This document shows positions 29,234 through 38,393 of a stretch of DNA of 64,000 bases, piece by piece. The notes beneath the pieces are model-generated. The model saw only the letters and a list, made by a program, of their open reading frames with translations, ran no database searches and was not told the DNA's origin. Each line of letters opens with the position of its first letter. Position 1 is the stretch's first letter. Source of the DNA: Spirochaetota bacterium (GTDB lineage: Bacteria > Spirochaetota > UBA4802 > UB4802). A program made the position numbers and the translations under genes. Location: NCBI GenBank assembly GCA_037481795.1, contig JBBFLA010000004.1, forward strand, positions 42,673 to 106,672. The letters run 5' to 3'.

Positions 29234-29407
29234 TTATGCACCAATGAGTGGTTCCCTTTTGATAAGTATATGTTTGATGTTGGCCTTGCCTACTGAGAAA
29301 TAAATGTGCTGTGATTCCAAAAGTTTAAAATTATTCCACTGTGATACAATGGTTTCGGGATGTTGCTTTTCTTTGGGTTGCTGCTTGGGTTGTTTTATTG
29401 TATCCAT
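29234..29407 (-). CDS. Possible small ORF (57 aa) in a long non-coding region
   Basis: ATG with RBS AAGGA (8-nt spacing); MDTIKQPKQQPKEKQHPETIVSQWNNFKLLESQHIYFSVGKANIKHILIKREPLIGA; no homology recognised; below the ORF-track cutoff. Confidence 0.25.
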   Translation of the reverse strand: MDTIKQPKQQPKEKQHPETIVSQWNNFKLLESQHIYFSVGKANIKHILIKREPLIGA

Positions 29408-29542
29408 GTTGTATTTCCTTGGTATCAGGTTAATGAAATAGTATGTTTATAGCACAATTTTGTCTACATAAAAAAAATATAAAATTTTAAACTCAAAATC
29501 TTTTTGTTTTTTTGTATTGACTTTTTAAAAAAGCTTTTTAGT

Positions 29543-29567
29543 TTGACAACCGCATATATATTGTCAA
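29543..29567 (+). promoter_or_regulatory. Inverted repeat TTGACAA-N11-TTGTCAA, candidate operator/promoter upstream of the LolA-like gene
   Basis: Perfect 7-bp arms; ~100 nt upstream of the ATG at 29669; a further TTGAC box lies at 29515. Confidence 0.35.
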
Positions 29568-29668
29568 AAATATGTCTATGCAATGTTAAACGGCTAACAT
29601 TCTTTGAATGTTGTTTGCAATCAATGTGTATGCATTATCAGTTTAAATAAAAATTTTTAAAGGGCACC

Positions 29669-30364
29669 ATGTTGGGTACATGTAACAAAAAATTATTACG
29701 TTTGGCGATAGCTCAAGTAATTGTATTCCTGTGCGTTATGACAGGATATTCCTATAAATTTGATTTTGTGACAGTCAATGATATTGTCAAGCAGATAAAG
29801 AAAACCTTCTCTGATGTTGAAAGCTACCAGGCAAATTTTGTCATGGTTTCGGATAAAATGGGAAAGCGTCAGAGTCAGAGCGGAACTATATGGTATATGT
29901 CGCCACATTATCTGAGAATAGATTTTGATGTGCCATATGGTCAGAAAATTGTTTCAGATGGCAAACAGGTGTGGATTTATATTCCTTCAATAAATGTGGT
30001 TGCTGAGCAAGATTTAAACAGCTCAATGTTTGCAATTGGGACCGGTTCAGGTTTAAATAGGCTTTTTTCAAAATATCATTATAAATTCGATGGCAAGGAA
30101 CAGCCACGTGTGGAAAACAATAATAAATATTATGTGTTATTCTTAAAACAAAAGGAAACACGAAGCGGATTCAGAACTATGAAGCTGTGGGTTAACGAAC
30201 AGTATTTTATAACGAAAGCTGCTGGTGAAACAGCAAATGGCAAAAACATTACAATTGAAATCAAAAATATAAATACTAAAGTAGATTTAAAAAAAGGTTT
30301 TTTTAAATTTGATCCTCCTTCAAACGCCAGAATAATTAAAAATCCAATGTTGGCAGAGGAATAG
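29669..30364 (+). CDS. LolA-like outer-membrane lipoprotein carrier/sorting protein family
   Basis: Signal peptide; LolA-fold hallmarks (GTIWYMSPHYLRIDFDVPYGQKIVSDGKQVWIYIP). Confidence 0.6.
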   Translation: MLGTCNKKLLRLAIAQVIVFLCVMTGYSYKFDFVTVNDIVKQIKKTFSDVESYQANFVMVSDKMGKRQSQSGTIWYMSPHYLRIDFDVPYGQKIVSDGKQVWIYIPSINVVAEQDLNSSMFAIGTGSGLNRLFSKYHYKFDGKEQPRVENNNKYYVLFLKQKETRSGFRTMKLWVNEQYFITKAAGETANGKNITIEIKNINTKVDLKKGFFKFDPPSNARIIKNPMLAEE

Positions 30365-30367
30365 TGT

Positions 30368-31501
30368 ATGGTGGCAGGAATTGGTGAAACATTACGCAAT
30401 GCACGCGAAGCTAAACGTTTAACGTTAAAGGATGTATCCAAAGATACTAATATTGTTGTTAAATATCTAGAAGCACTTGAAAATGAAGATTTTGACAAAT
30501 TTCCAAGCGAAACATATTTACTGGGTTTTTTACGTTCTTATGCAGAATACCTCAGGGTGGATGCTGATGAGTTAATTCAAGCATATAAAGGGTATAAAAT
30601 TGGCGAAAGTTCAACACCACTTGAAGAGTTAACCAGGCCCACTGGTTTATCAATAGTTGCTCAGTTACGGATGTATGCGCAGCAGTATCGTAATATCGTA
30701 TATTTTGGAGGTATTGGTATTGCTGTCCTTATTGTAATTTCTCTGTTTATAAGCCTTATTACTTCGGATGTACATGTAGGAAGTGATGATTCCATTAAGG
30801 CAATACAGGAAGAATATTATCGCACTCAGGGCAAAAAGATTGCCATAAAAAATATATGGCCATTACAGCTTACCAATGATAGTGGAATTGTGCTGTTATA
30901 CAATGATGAAGCATGCCAGTTTCTGGTAGATAATAAAGAAATTTTATTTTTACTAAGTGATATTAAAGATAATTCGGTGATAGTAGAGTTTTTGCCTGAT
31001 TCAAAGAAATATGTTCTGGAAATGGAAAAGCCTGTTATATGTAGCCCAATGGAATCATCCAGAAAAATTATGTTAACGTTAAAAGGTTTGACTGAAAACA
31101 GGGCAAAGATCAGAGTGCAATTGGCTGCTGTAGAGCAGGAGACGCCTGATGAAGCTGTTACTGTAGTAACCCCGGTTACACCGCCTGCTGAAGTTGTTAC
31201 GCATGACCAGAAAAATTTAAAAATAGTATTTGAAGCTGAGTTTGTGCAGAAAACATATTTTGAACTTTATTTAGATGGCAATGAGCGTGTCAGGGGAATG
31301 ATGCCAGCTGGCACAAAAGAACGATGGGAAGCATCAGAATTTATTCAGGTTAAGATAGGCAATGCTGGAGGCGTTAAAGTTAAAATTAATGGCACTGACT
31401 ATATGTTTGGCCTGCCCGGTCAGGTTGCCAATAAAGTAATTACCTGGCGTAAAGATCCGCAGGATCCAAACAAATACAAGCTTGAAGTAAAAGACTGGTG
31501 A
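30368..31501 (+). CDS. rodZ: RodZ-like cytoskeleton protein (HTH_25 + TM + DUF4115)
   Basis: N-terminal XRE-type HTH (GETLRNAREAKRLTLKDVSKDTNIVVKYLEALE), a TM helix, and a C-terminal DUF4115-like domain (ELYLDGNERVRGMMPAGTKERWEASEFIQVKIGNAGGVKVKINGT). Confidence 0.7.
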   Translation: MVAGIGETLRNAREAKRLTLKDVSKDTNIVVKYLEALENEDFDKFPSETYLLGFLRSYAEYLRVDADELIQAYKGYKIGESSTPLEELTRPTGLSIVAQLRMYAQQYRNIVYFGGIGIAVLIVISLFISLITSDVHVGSDDSIKAIQEEYYRTQGKKIAIKNIWPLQLTNDSGIVLLYNDEACQFLVDNKEILFLLSDIKDNSVIVEFLPDSKKYVLEMEKPVICSPMESSRKIMLTLKGLTENRAKIRVQLAAVEQETPDEAVTVVTPVTPPAEVVTHDQKNLKIVFEAEFVQKTYFELYLDGNERVRGMMPAGTKERWEASEFIQVKIGNAGGVKVKINGTDYMFGLPGQVANKVITWRKDPQDPNKYKLEVKDW

Positions 31502-31502
31502 T

Positions 31503-32813
31503 GTGTTTTCACCTGAGGATATCTCATACTATATTATTTCATTAGGGTGCCCCAAAAATGAGGTTGATTCCGAGCGCCTTAATGCAGATATGCACAGCGC
31601 TGGTTTTGTTGAGGCACGCGAGATTAATAAAGCAGATATAATATTTATTAATACCTGTGGATTTATTGAAGCAGCAAAGAAAGAATCTGTTGATACCATA
31701 CTTGATGCATTAGATTATACATCTCAAAAAACAAAGATCTTTAAAAAAAGATTGGTTGTGTTAGGCTGTCTCACCCAGCGGTATAAACAGGAAATAATAC
31801 AGGAAATACCTGAAATTGATCTGGTATGGGGTTTGTACGATAGTTCTTTAATACAAGAGATTGCCCGTTTATTCAATATTGCACTGATGAAAGGAACTAT
31901 CGCCCAAAAAAGAAAACCACTTATTGATAATCTTCCGTATGCATATATAAAAATAGCAGAAGGGTGTTCCAATTTCTGCAGCTATTGTGCCATTCCCCTG
32001 ATACGGGGCAAATTTAGAGCTTTTCCGCCATCCATGATTGTGGCAGATGCACGTGAAGCGCTGAATAATGGCGTTAAAGAACTCATTATAGTGGCACAGG
32101 ATACTGCAGTATATCAGTATGATAATAAAAGAATCTGGGATTTACTGCACATGATAAGTAACCTGGAAGGTGATTTCTGGATCAGGCTTATGTATTGCCA
32201 TCCTGACCATATTGACACACGGCTTATTGAAGCACTGGCAACGGTGCCAAAGGTTGTACATTACATTGATATTCCTTTTCAGCATGCAAGCAAAAAAGTT
32301 TTGCAATTAATGAACAGGAAAGGTGATGCAGATAGTTATTTGCAACTTGTGGATAGATTGAGAAAAGCAATTCCTGATATAGCAATACGTTCCACATTTA
32401 TGGTGGGATTCCCTGATGAAGACGAAAATGATTTCAAACTACTAATGGACTTTATTAAAGAAGCACAATTAGATAGAGTTGGAGTGTTTATGTATTCACC
32501 TGAGGAAGGGACACAAGCATTTGAAAAAGGGGATACAGTGAAAAAGGCAACAAAGAAAAAGCGCTACAATATGCTGATGAAATTACAGCAGGAAATTTCG
32601 CAACAAAGGTTAAAGAAAACTATAGGTACTACAGTGCAGGTGCTTGTGGAAGAGAAAGTGGATGATTATAATTACATTGGAAGAACTCAGTACGATGCCC
32701 CTGAAATAGATGGCATTTTTTTCTTGACCGCACACAATGTACGTGTCAATGATATCGTCACAGCAAAGATAACTGACACGTTGGAATATGACCGTATAGG
32801 AGAAATGATTTGA
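31503..32813 (+). CDS. rimO: Ribosomal protein S12 methylthiotransferase RimO (MiaB-family radical SAM + TRAM)
   Basis: UPF0004 N-terminal domain (ISLGCPKNEVDSE), radical SAM CSNFCSYCAIP, C-terminal TRAM; ~436 aa, adjacent to pgsA as in many genomes. Confidence 0.7.
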   Translation: MFSPEDISYYIISLGCPKNEVDSERLNADMHSAGFVEAREINKADIIFINTCGFIEAAKKESVDTILDALDYTSQKTKIFKKRLVVLGCLTQRYKQEIIQEIPEIDLVWGLYDSSLIQEIARLFNIALMKGTIAQKRKPLIDNLPYAYIKIAEGCSNFCSYCAIPLIRGKFRAFPPSMIVADAREALNNGVKELIIVAQDTAVYQYDNKRIWDLLHMISNLEGDFWIRLMYCHPDHIDTRLIEALATVPKVVHYIDIPFQHASKKVLQLMNRKGDADSYLQLVDRLRKAIPDIAIRSTFMVGFPDEDENDFKLLMDFIKEAQLDRVGVFMYSPEEGTQAFEKGDTVKKATKKKRYNMLMKLQQEISQQRLKKTIGTTVQVLVEEKVDDYNYIGRTQYDAPEIDGIFFLTAHNVRVNDIVTAKITDTLEYDRIGEMI

Positions 32814-33463
32814 ATATACCTAATTTATTAACATTATCACGGATAATACTCATACCGTTATTCTTATATTTAATATTTACGCCAACTATAGAACATAGAA
32901 TTTGGGCACTGGTTATTTTTATCATAGCATCGTTTACTGACTTTTTAGATGGATGGACAGCACGCAAGTTACGCCAGGAAACTGATACTGGAAAATTTTT
33001 GGACCCGCTGGCTGATAAGTTTCTTGTTATTTCAGCTCTCATTGCATTCTTATTTCTTGATCCACTTATTCCGTTATGGATGGTTATTGTTATCATTGCA
33101 CGGGACCTTTTGATAACATTAATGCGCTATTTATCTATTAAAAAAGGGTCAATGTTGCGCACCAGCAGGTTAGGTAAATTTAAAACAGCCTTCCAGATGA
33201 TTGGCATTATTATTATAATAATGGTATTTATTGTCCGTAATTCCATAAAAAATGTACAACTAGAAATTAATCAGTTAAGTGCCCTGAAGCTTGAAACTGT
33301 TGTTGAGATTCTTAATTCAAATTTAGTTCATAAATGGCTTATTGTATGCCCTTATCTCATCATGGCTGTTGTAACCTTTTTAACAGCTCTATCAGGACTG
33401 CGATATATTATAACAAACTGGCGTTTATTTATACCACCATACACACAAAAGGATACTAAATAA
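32810..33463 (+). CDS. pgsA: CDP-diacylglycerol--glycerol-3-phosphate 3-phosphatidyltransferase
   Basis: CDP-alcohol phosphatidyltransferase motif DFLDGWTARKLRQETDTGKFLDPLADK. Confidence 0.85.
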   Translation: MNIPNLLTLSRIILIPLFLYLIFTPTIEHRIWALVIFIIASFTDFLDGWTARKLRQETDTGKFLDPLADKFLVISALIAFLFLDPLIPLWMVIVIIARDLLITLMRYLSIKKGSMLRTSRLGKFKTAFQMIGIIIIIMVFIVRNSIKNVQLEINQLSALKLETVVEILNSNLVHKWLIVCPYLIMAVVTFLTALSGLRYIITNWRLFIPPYTQKDTK

Positions 33464-33469
33464 ATTTAT

Positions 33470-33949
33470 ATGAACTGGAAAGAGTTTCTATTTACAGGGC
33501 TTTATACTGGCTACTTCCCCAAAGGCTCGGGTACTGTTGGTGCGTTGTTAGCTTTGTTGCTGTATGTAATTTTACATCAGCTATGTGGTAGATACGGGAT
33601 TGTAGCAAATGTTGTTCTTGTTGCCCTTTTAATCTATCCTGCAATTAAACTGGGTGATGATGCAGAAATTTATTTTGCAACAAAAGATCCGCAGGAAGTT
33701 GTTCTTGATGAAATGCTTGGTTTCTGGGTTACCATGTTGTTTCATCCATTTAGCTGGATCGCAGCAGTTCTGGGCTTCTTTTTTTTCAGGCTGTTTGATA
33801 TTATTAAACCGTACCCAATACGCAAATTGGAGCATTTTCATGGTGGTCTTGGTATAATGATTGACGATATCATTGCAGGAGTGTATGCTAACATTACTAT
33901 TGCTATTATTATGGGTATCATGAAAGTTTATGGGATTGTACTTGTGTAA
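33470..33949 (+). CDS. pgpA: Phosphatidylglycerophosphatase A
   Basis: 159 aa; PgpA motifs GSGTVGAL and GGLGIMIDDIIAGVYA. Confidence 0.8.
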   Translation: MNWKEFLFTGLYTGYFPKGSGTVGALLALLLYVILHQLCGRYGIVANVVLVALLIYPAIKLGDDAEIYFATKDPQEVVLDEMLGFWVTMLFHPFSWIAAVLGFFFFRLFDIIKPYPIRKLEHFHGGLGIMIDDIIAGVYANITIAIIMGIMKVYGIVLV

Positions 33950-33985
33950 TGCGTACAGGGTGTCGAAAAAGGAAATAGGCATACA

Positions 33986-34876
33986 ATGAAACATGCTTTG
34001 AGGTTACCTATGAAGCGTATTTATGCTATTATTTTTATTTTTGCTATTGTACTTTTAACTTTTTATATTGCCTTTGCTCAACAGACAATAAGCAATAATT
34101 CTTATAAAAAAAATTACTGTGTAGAATGCCATATTAAACTTAACGGGAAACCTCGTTCGGTAGTTCTGGAATGGGAAAATAGCGTACATGCAAAAAAAAA
34201 TCTTGAATGCCATATATGCCATGGTGGAAATCCTGATGCAGAAGATGCTAAAGCTGCAAAGGATAAAAAAGCAAATTTTGCTGGAAAACCAAAAAAGAAA
34301 GATATACCTGAGTTTTGCGGGAGAGAAGGTTGCCATGATCAGGCTCTATCACAGCTAAAAAAGGGTCCTCACTATAATTCAGTTTTAAAAATTGGTAGCC
34401 CAAATTGTGTTGATTGCCATGGTGATCACAATATACAGCAATCAACGTATCATATTATTACCGACAAAACATGTTCAAGCTGTCATAGTGTTGAATATTC
34501 TCGTGAGCTGGTAAATTCCATGCTATCAATTGAGAAAAATATTGAAGATATTGAAAAATCACTTGATTACATGAATGAAAGAAATGTAGAAAGCAAGGAG
34601 ATGACACTGCGGTATAAAGAGCTTAAAAGGTATTTTCACCAGCTGGTGCATGTTTTCTCAAAACAGGAAATTGACTTTACCAAAAAGTTAGTTGAAGTTG
34701 AAATAGAATATCTTAACAAAGAGCTACAAAGTAAAATAGCTTCTATTAAACGTCTTGACCTTATTTATATTTTAACCAGTGCATTTAGTATTGGTGTCAT
34801 TATTACGTTTACCGTATATATTGCGCTGATCAGACGTAGGCGTGCAAAGATACAAAAGGACTTCCAGTCAAGGTAA
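33986..34876 (+). CDS. Membrane-anchored multihaem c-type cytochrome (4 CxxCH + 1 CxxxxCH)
   Basis: Signal/TM at N-terminus; CVECH, CHICH, CGREGCH (CX4CH), CVDCH, CSSCH; C-terminal TM helix and basic tail. Confidence 0.8.
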   Translation: MKHALRLPMKRIYAIIFIFAIVLLTFYIAFAQQTISNNSYKKNYCVECHIKLNGKPRSVVLEWENSVHAKKNLECHICHGGNPDAEDAKAAKDKKANFAGKPKKKDIPEFCGREGCHDQALSQLKKGPHYNSVLKIGSPNCVDCHGDHNIQQSTYHIITDKTCSSCHSVEYSRELVNSMLSIEKNIEDIEKSLDYMNERNVESKEMTLRYKELKRYFHQLVHVFSKQEIDFTKKLVEVEIEYLNKELQSKIASIKRLDLIYILTSAFSIGVIITFTVYIALIRRRRAKIQKDFQSR

Positions 34877-34900
34877 AATAAACTATAAAAAAATACAATT

Positions 34901-35416
34901 ATGGCAGACAGTTATTTTGAAAGATTTAAACGCTGGTATCTTTTCAATACCGAAAAAATTAAATATGTTGGTAAAAAAAATGACAAGCATGCATGCATAC
35001 TGTGTGCAATACGTGATCATGCAGAAGATGTGGTAAGTCTTGAAATACATCGTACCGATACATTTATTGTTTCAGTAAATTTATATCCTTTTAATCCTGG
35101 CCATTGCATGATATTTCCTTTGCAGCATATAGAAAATTTGAGTGATTTATCTGAGGATGATGTTTTAGCACTGCACAGGTTAACTGTTAAAACGATAGAT
35201 ATATTAAAAGAGGAATTCAAACCATCAGGGTTTAATGTTGGGTACAATTTAGGCTCGTGGAGTGGGGCAAGTATATCTCATATTCACCTGCATATTGTTC
35301 CACGTTTCCCTAATGAGCTTGGATTTCTTGATGTGATTTCTCATACACGGGTTATGGTAATTGATCCTCATGATGTATGTGAAAGATTAAAGAAAAGATT
35401 TAATAATAACCGGTAA
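34901..35416 (+). CDS. HIT-family (histidine triad) protein
   Basis: Histidine triad HIHLHIVPR near the C-terminus. Confidence 0.75.
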   Translation: MADSYFERFKRWYLFNTEKIKYVGKKNDKHACILCAIRDHAEDVVSLEIHRTDTFIVSVNLYPFNPGHCMIFPLQHIENLSDLSEDDVLALHRLTVKTIDILKEEFKPSGFNVGYNLGSWSGASISHIHLHIVPRFPNELGFLDVISHTRVMVIDPHDVCERLKKRFNNNR

Positions 35417-35492
35417 TTATTCCTTAAAAAAATTATAGCGTAAACTATAAACACATGCATCTGCTGCAGTATAGGTTTATGCAATGTCATAC

Positions 35493-35687
35493 TTATTGTT
35501 TTGCTATTTCTTCTGCTTCAAGAAGCAATTCTATATCTTTTTTATTTAATTTTATAGTAAAAGGTTCTCCGCACATGGGACAAGTTCCGTTATTTACGCC
35601 TATGGAAAGTTCACTGATTTTTAAATTTAATTTTGAGCCACATAGCAAACACGTAAAATCACCAGCGCGCATCTGATGGGGGAGCAT
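35493..35687 (-). CDS. Small zinc-ribbon protein (hypothetical)
   Basis: 64 aa with CLLCGS...CPMCGE (two CxxC pairs); sits in an otherwise gene-free gap. Confidence 0.35.
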   Translation of the reverse strand: MLPHQMRAGDFTCLLCGSKLNLKISELSIGVNNGTCPMCGEPFTIKLNKKDIELLLEAEEIAKQ

Positions 35688-35887
35688 ATATTCCTCCTAT
35701 AAAATATTATTACAAAGAATTATCATATCAAAGTGTTGTTAAAAAATTATTTTTATATGACCTATAATACAATATATTAAAAACCACTTGAAATTTATAA
35801 AATGGTTGTCAAGTATTTTACAAAAATATACAATTATAGTAATTCATATTAAGCACTTCATCGTAAAAAATAAAACGAGGTGATACA

Positions 35888-36607
35888 ATGTCAAAGATAA
35901 GAAAAATCTCTCTAATGTTGTTGGTCATAAGCAGCATCATTGCATTAATAATTATTTTTGATGGTGAGATACTAAAAAAGGTTTTTGTGTTGAAATCTGT
36001 AAGGGTTGTTACACAGAACGAAGTTAAGCGTATGGAAGAAGAATTGTCTGAACTTACTTCAAAAAGTGCAACAAATCCTGAAGTAGTTAACAAGATAGGC
36101 GTACTGTATCAAAATTTAGGAGGCAAATATAACGAAAAGGGTGCCTGGGATCCTGCAATTGATGCATTACATAAAGCCCTGGGGTACGGAAGAAATACCC
36201 CTTTTGTACATTACCAGCTGGCAATTGCTTATGCAAATAGGGGAACACAGCTGGAAAATAACGATGATATTGATAAAGCACAAATTCATTATGAAAAAGC
36301 ATTACAGATGGATCCCAATTTCATCGAAGCAAAGTATGGTCTGTCTATTCTTTTATTTTATCAAAAAGATAACAAATCAAAAGCTGTTCAACTGATGGAG
36401 GAGATAACAAAACAAAAACCATCGTTTTATAGAGCACGGTTTGCACTGGGAAGGTTTTATTATGAAAATAAAGACCTTGATAAGTCACTATCGGTATATC
36501 AGGATCTATATACTGATCTAGAAAAAATCGATTCGCCGTTAGCAAAGGAATATAAACAGGCGTGTAAAGAAAATATTCAACGAATAACTACGGAGTTAGC
36601 ACGGTAA
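35888..36607 (+). CDS. TPR-repeat membrane-anchored protein
   Basis: N-terminal TM; multiple TPR-like repeats (AIDALHKALGYG..., YQLAIAYANRG..., HYEKALQMDPNFIEAKYGL). Confidence 0.6.
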   Translation: MSKIRKISLMLLVISSIIALIIIFDGEILKKVFVLKSVRVVTQNEVKRMEEELSELTSKSATNPEVVNKIGVLYQNLGGKYNEKGAWDPAIDALHKALGYGRNTPFVHYQLAIAYANRGTQLENNDDIDKAQIHYEKALQMDPNFIEAKYGLSILLFYQKDNKSKAVQLMEEITKQKPSFYRARFALGRFYYENKDLDKSLSVYQDLYTDLEKIDSPLAKEYKQACKENIQRITTELAR

Positions 36608-36611
36608 TTAT

Positions 36612-37700
36612 ATGGACAAGAAAAAATATGCTGTAGCCTTATCATTAATGAGTTCAGGTTTGTGGCATTTTTATTCTAAAAATGATCCAGTAACAATTTA
36701 TAATGAGTATGCATCGGCAGATGATAGAAAAGTTCAGGAATACTATACAAGCTGGTATTCAATGTCTCCACTTGAAGAAGCAGATAGAATCATTGATTTA
36801 TGTAATAAAAGAAACATAACTTTAATTTCGTACTGGGATCAGGAATATCCAGCATTATTAAAAGAAATTGCATATCCTCCAGCGGTTCTCTATATACAGG
36901 GCAACCTGCCTCAGAAATTATCCCTTGCTATTGTTGGTACCAGAAATGATGATCCTCAGTCGGGTTCTATAGCTGAAAAGCTGTCAAGTGTGTTAGCACA
37001 ATATGACATTGCCATTGTAAGCGGACTTGCCATTGGGATTGACAGAAGAGCACATATAGGGGCATTAAAAGCCGGTGGATCAACAATAGGTGTTATGGCA
37101 AATGGTATTGATAAGTTGTATCCTGTAAGCAACCGGGATATTTACACTGATATTATTAATTCGGGCAATGGATGTGTGTTATCAGAATATCCTCCAAAAG
37201 TAAGTATTACCAGATGGACATTTGTACGCAGGAATAGAATTATCAGTGGATTGTCAAAGGGGGTCATTGTCATTAAAGCAGGTGAAAAAAGCGGAGCGCT
37301 TATTACTGCTCAGTATGCCCTTGAGCACAACAGGGAAGTATTTGTATGTACAGGACATTCTTTTGATGAAGGTTACAAAGGTTGCTATAAGCTGTTGAAA
37401 GAAGGTGCACATCCCGTTTTTAATGAGCAGGATATCCTGGAAGTTCTTAGTGTTGACAAATTATATAGGCAACCAACACTATTTGAAGGCATACAGCATA
37501 GTGATTTTGCTTCAAATGCAGATTTTGCTGTATATCAGGATGATGATATTGTTAGAACACTGAAACAGGGTTCAATGGACATTGATTCACTTATACGAGC
37601 CGTGGGTAAAAGCAGTGGGGAAGTCCTTGAAAAATTAACCACTATGGAATTAGAAGGCGTCATAATACGTCTTGGTAATGTTATATCATTGAAAAAATAA
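36612..37700 (+). CDS. dprA: DNA-processing protein DprA (Smf)
   Basis: Rossmann-like DprA core: IVGTRN...IVSGLAIGIDRRAHIGALKAGGSTIGVMANGIDKLYP; C-terminal winged-helix-like extension; 362 aa. Confidence 0.9.
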   Translation: MDKKKYAVALSLMSSGLWHFYSKNDPVTIYNEYASADDRKVQEYYTSWYSMSPLEEADRIIDLCNKRNITLISYWDQEYPALLKEIAYPPAVLYIQGNLPQKLSLAIVGTRNDDPQSGSIAEKLSSVLAQYDIAIVSGLAIGIDRRAHIGALKAGGSTIGVMANGIDKLYPVSNRDIYTDIINSGNGCVLSEYPPKVSITRWTFVRRNRIISGLSKGVIVIKAGEKSGALITAQYALEHNREVFVCTGHSFDEGYKGCYKLLKEGAHPVFNEQDILEVLSVDKLYRQPTLFEGIQHSDFASNADFAVYQDDDIVRTLKQGSMDIDSLIRAVGKSSGEVLEKLTTMELEGVIIRLGNVISLKK

Positions 37701-37708
37701 AGGTTTTT

Positions 37709-38320
37709 ATGATAATTAAACGAGTTCTTATCATTATGGTAGCCTTACTGTGGGCAATAAGCTTTATCCAGATTTTTTCTGTGCCACCATATATTGGCGA
37801 TATATTTGGTATATATAAATCGGGTTATTTTAAAGAACTTGAAAGAAATATGTATATTATAACCGATAGTTTTTTACACATTAAAACCATGACAAAACCA
37901 GAATATGCCTGGATATATCTGGATGATTTGCAGAAACGTTCTGGTATAATCATCACGGTATATGATGCACAGGGCAATCTTATTAGAGCACCGGGTATGA
38001 CTGAAGCAGTTGACAATAGTGCTGTTATGAACGTATGTAGCGATACAAAGCCACAACCTCAATTTACAGTCAAGGGAAGACTATACCATGGCATAATACC
38101 TATTTACCGTAAATCAGAATGTAATTTTTGCCATCAGCCTTCACACAAACCATTGTTGGGCGTAATGACGTATGCAATTCCTTTTGATGGTTATATTTAT
38201 TATACTTCTGAACGAATAATACTTTTCACCATTATTACGTTTGCTATCAGCATTTTGTTGTTTGTTGTTATCAGATGGAATCCATATAAGGATATAAAGG
38301 AACTGTTTGACAAAAAATAA
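37709..38320 (+). CDS. Membrane protein with single CxxCH haem-c motif (DUF3365/Tll0287-like sensor domain, stand-alone)
   Basis: TM helices at both ends, periplasmic ~150-aa domain with ECNFCHQ. By recall this resembles haem-binding sensor domains normally fused to kinases or cyclases. Confidence 0.45.
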   Translation: MIIKRVLIIMVALLWAISFIQIFSVPPYIGDIFGIYKSGYFKELERNMYIITDSFLHIKTMTKPEYAWIYLDDLQKRSGIIITVYDAQGNLIRAPGMTEAVDNSAVMNVCSDTKPQPQFTVKGRLYHGIIPIYRKSECNFCHQPSHKPLLGVMTYAIPFDGYIYYTSERIILFTIITFAISILLFVVIRWNPYKDIKELFDKK

Positions 38321-38352
38321 GGGGTATAAAATATTCATTGAATTTAAGTTAA

Positions 38353-38365
38353 CAGTAACTATCGC
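38353..38365 (+). repeat. Copy of dispersed motif
   Basis: CAGTAACTATCGC in the topA leader, 29 nt before the ATG. Confidence 0.8.
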
Positions 38366-38393
38366 TTAAAAATTAAAACGTAAGGAAGTAATT

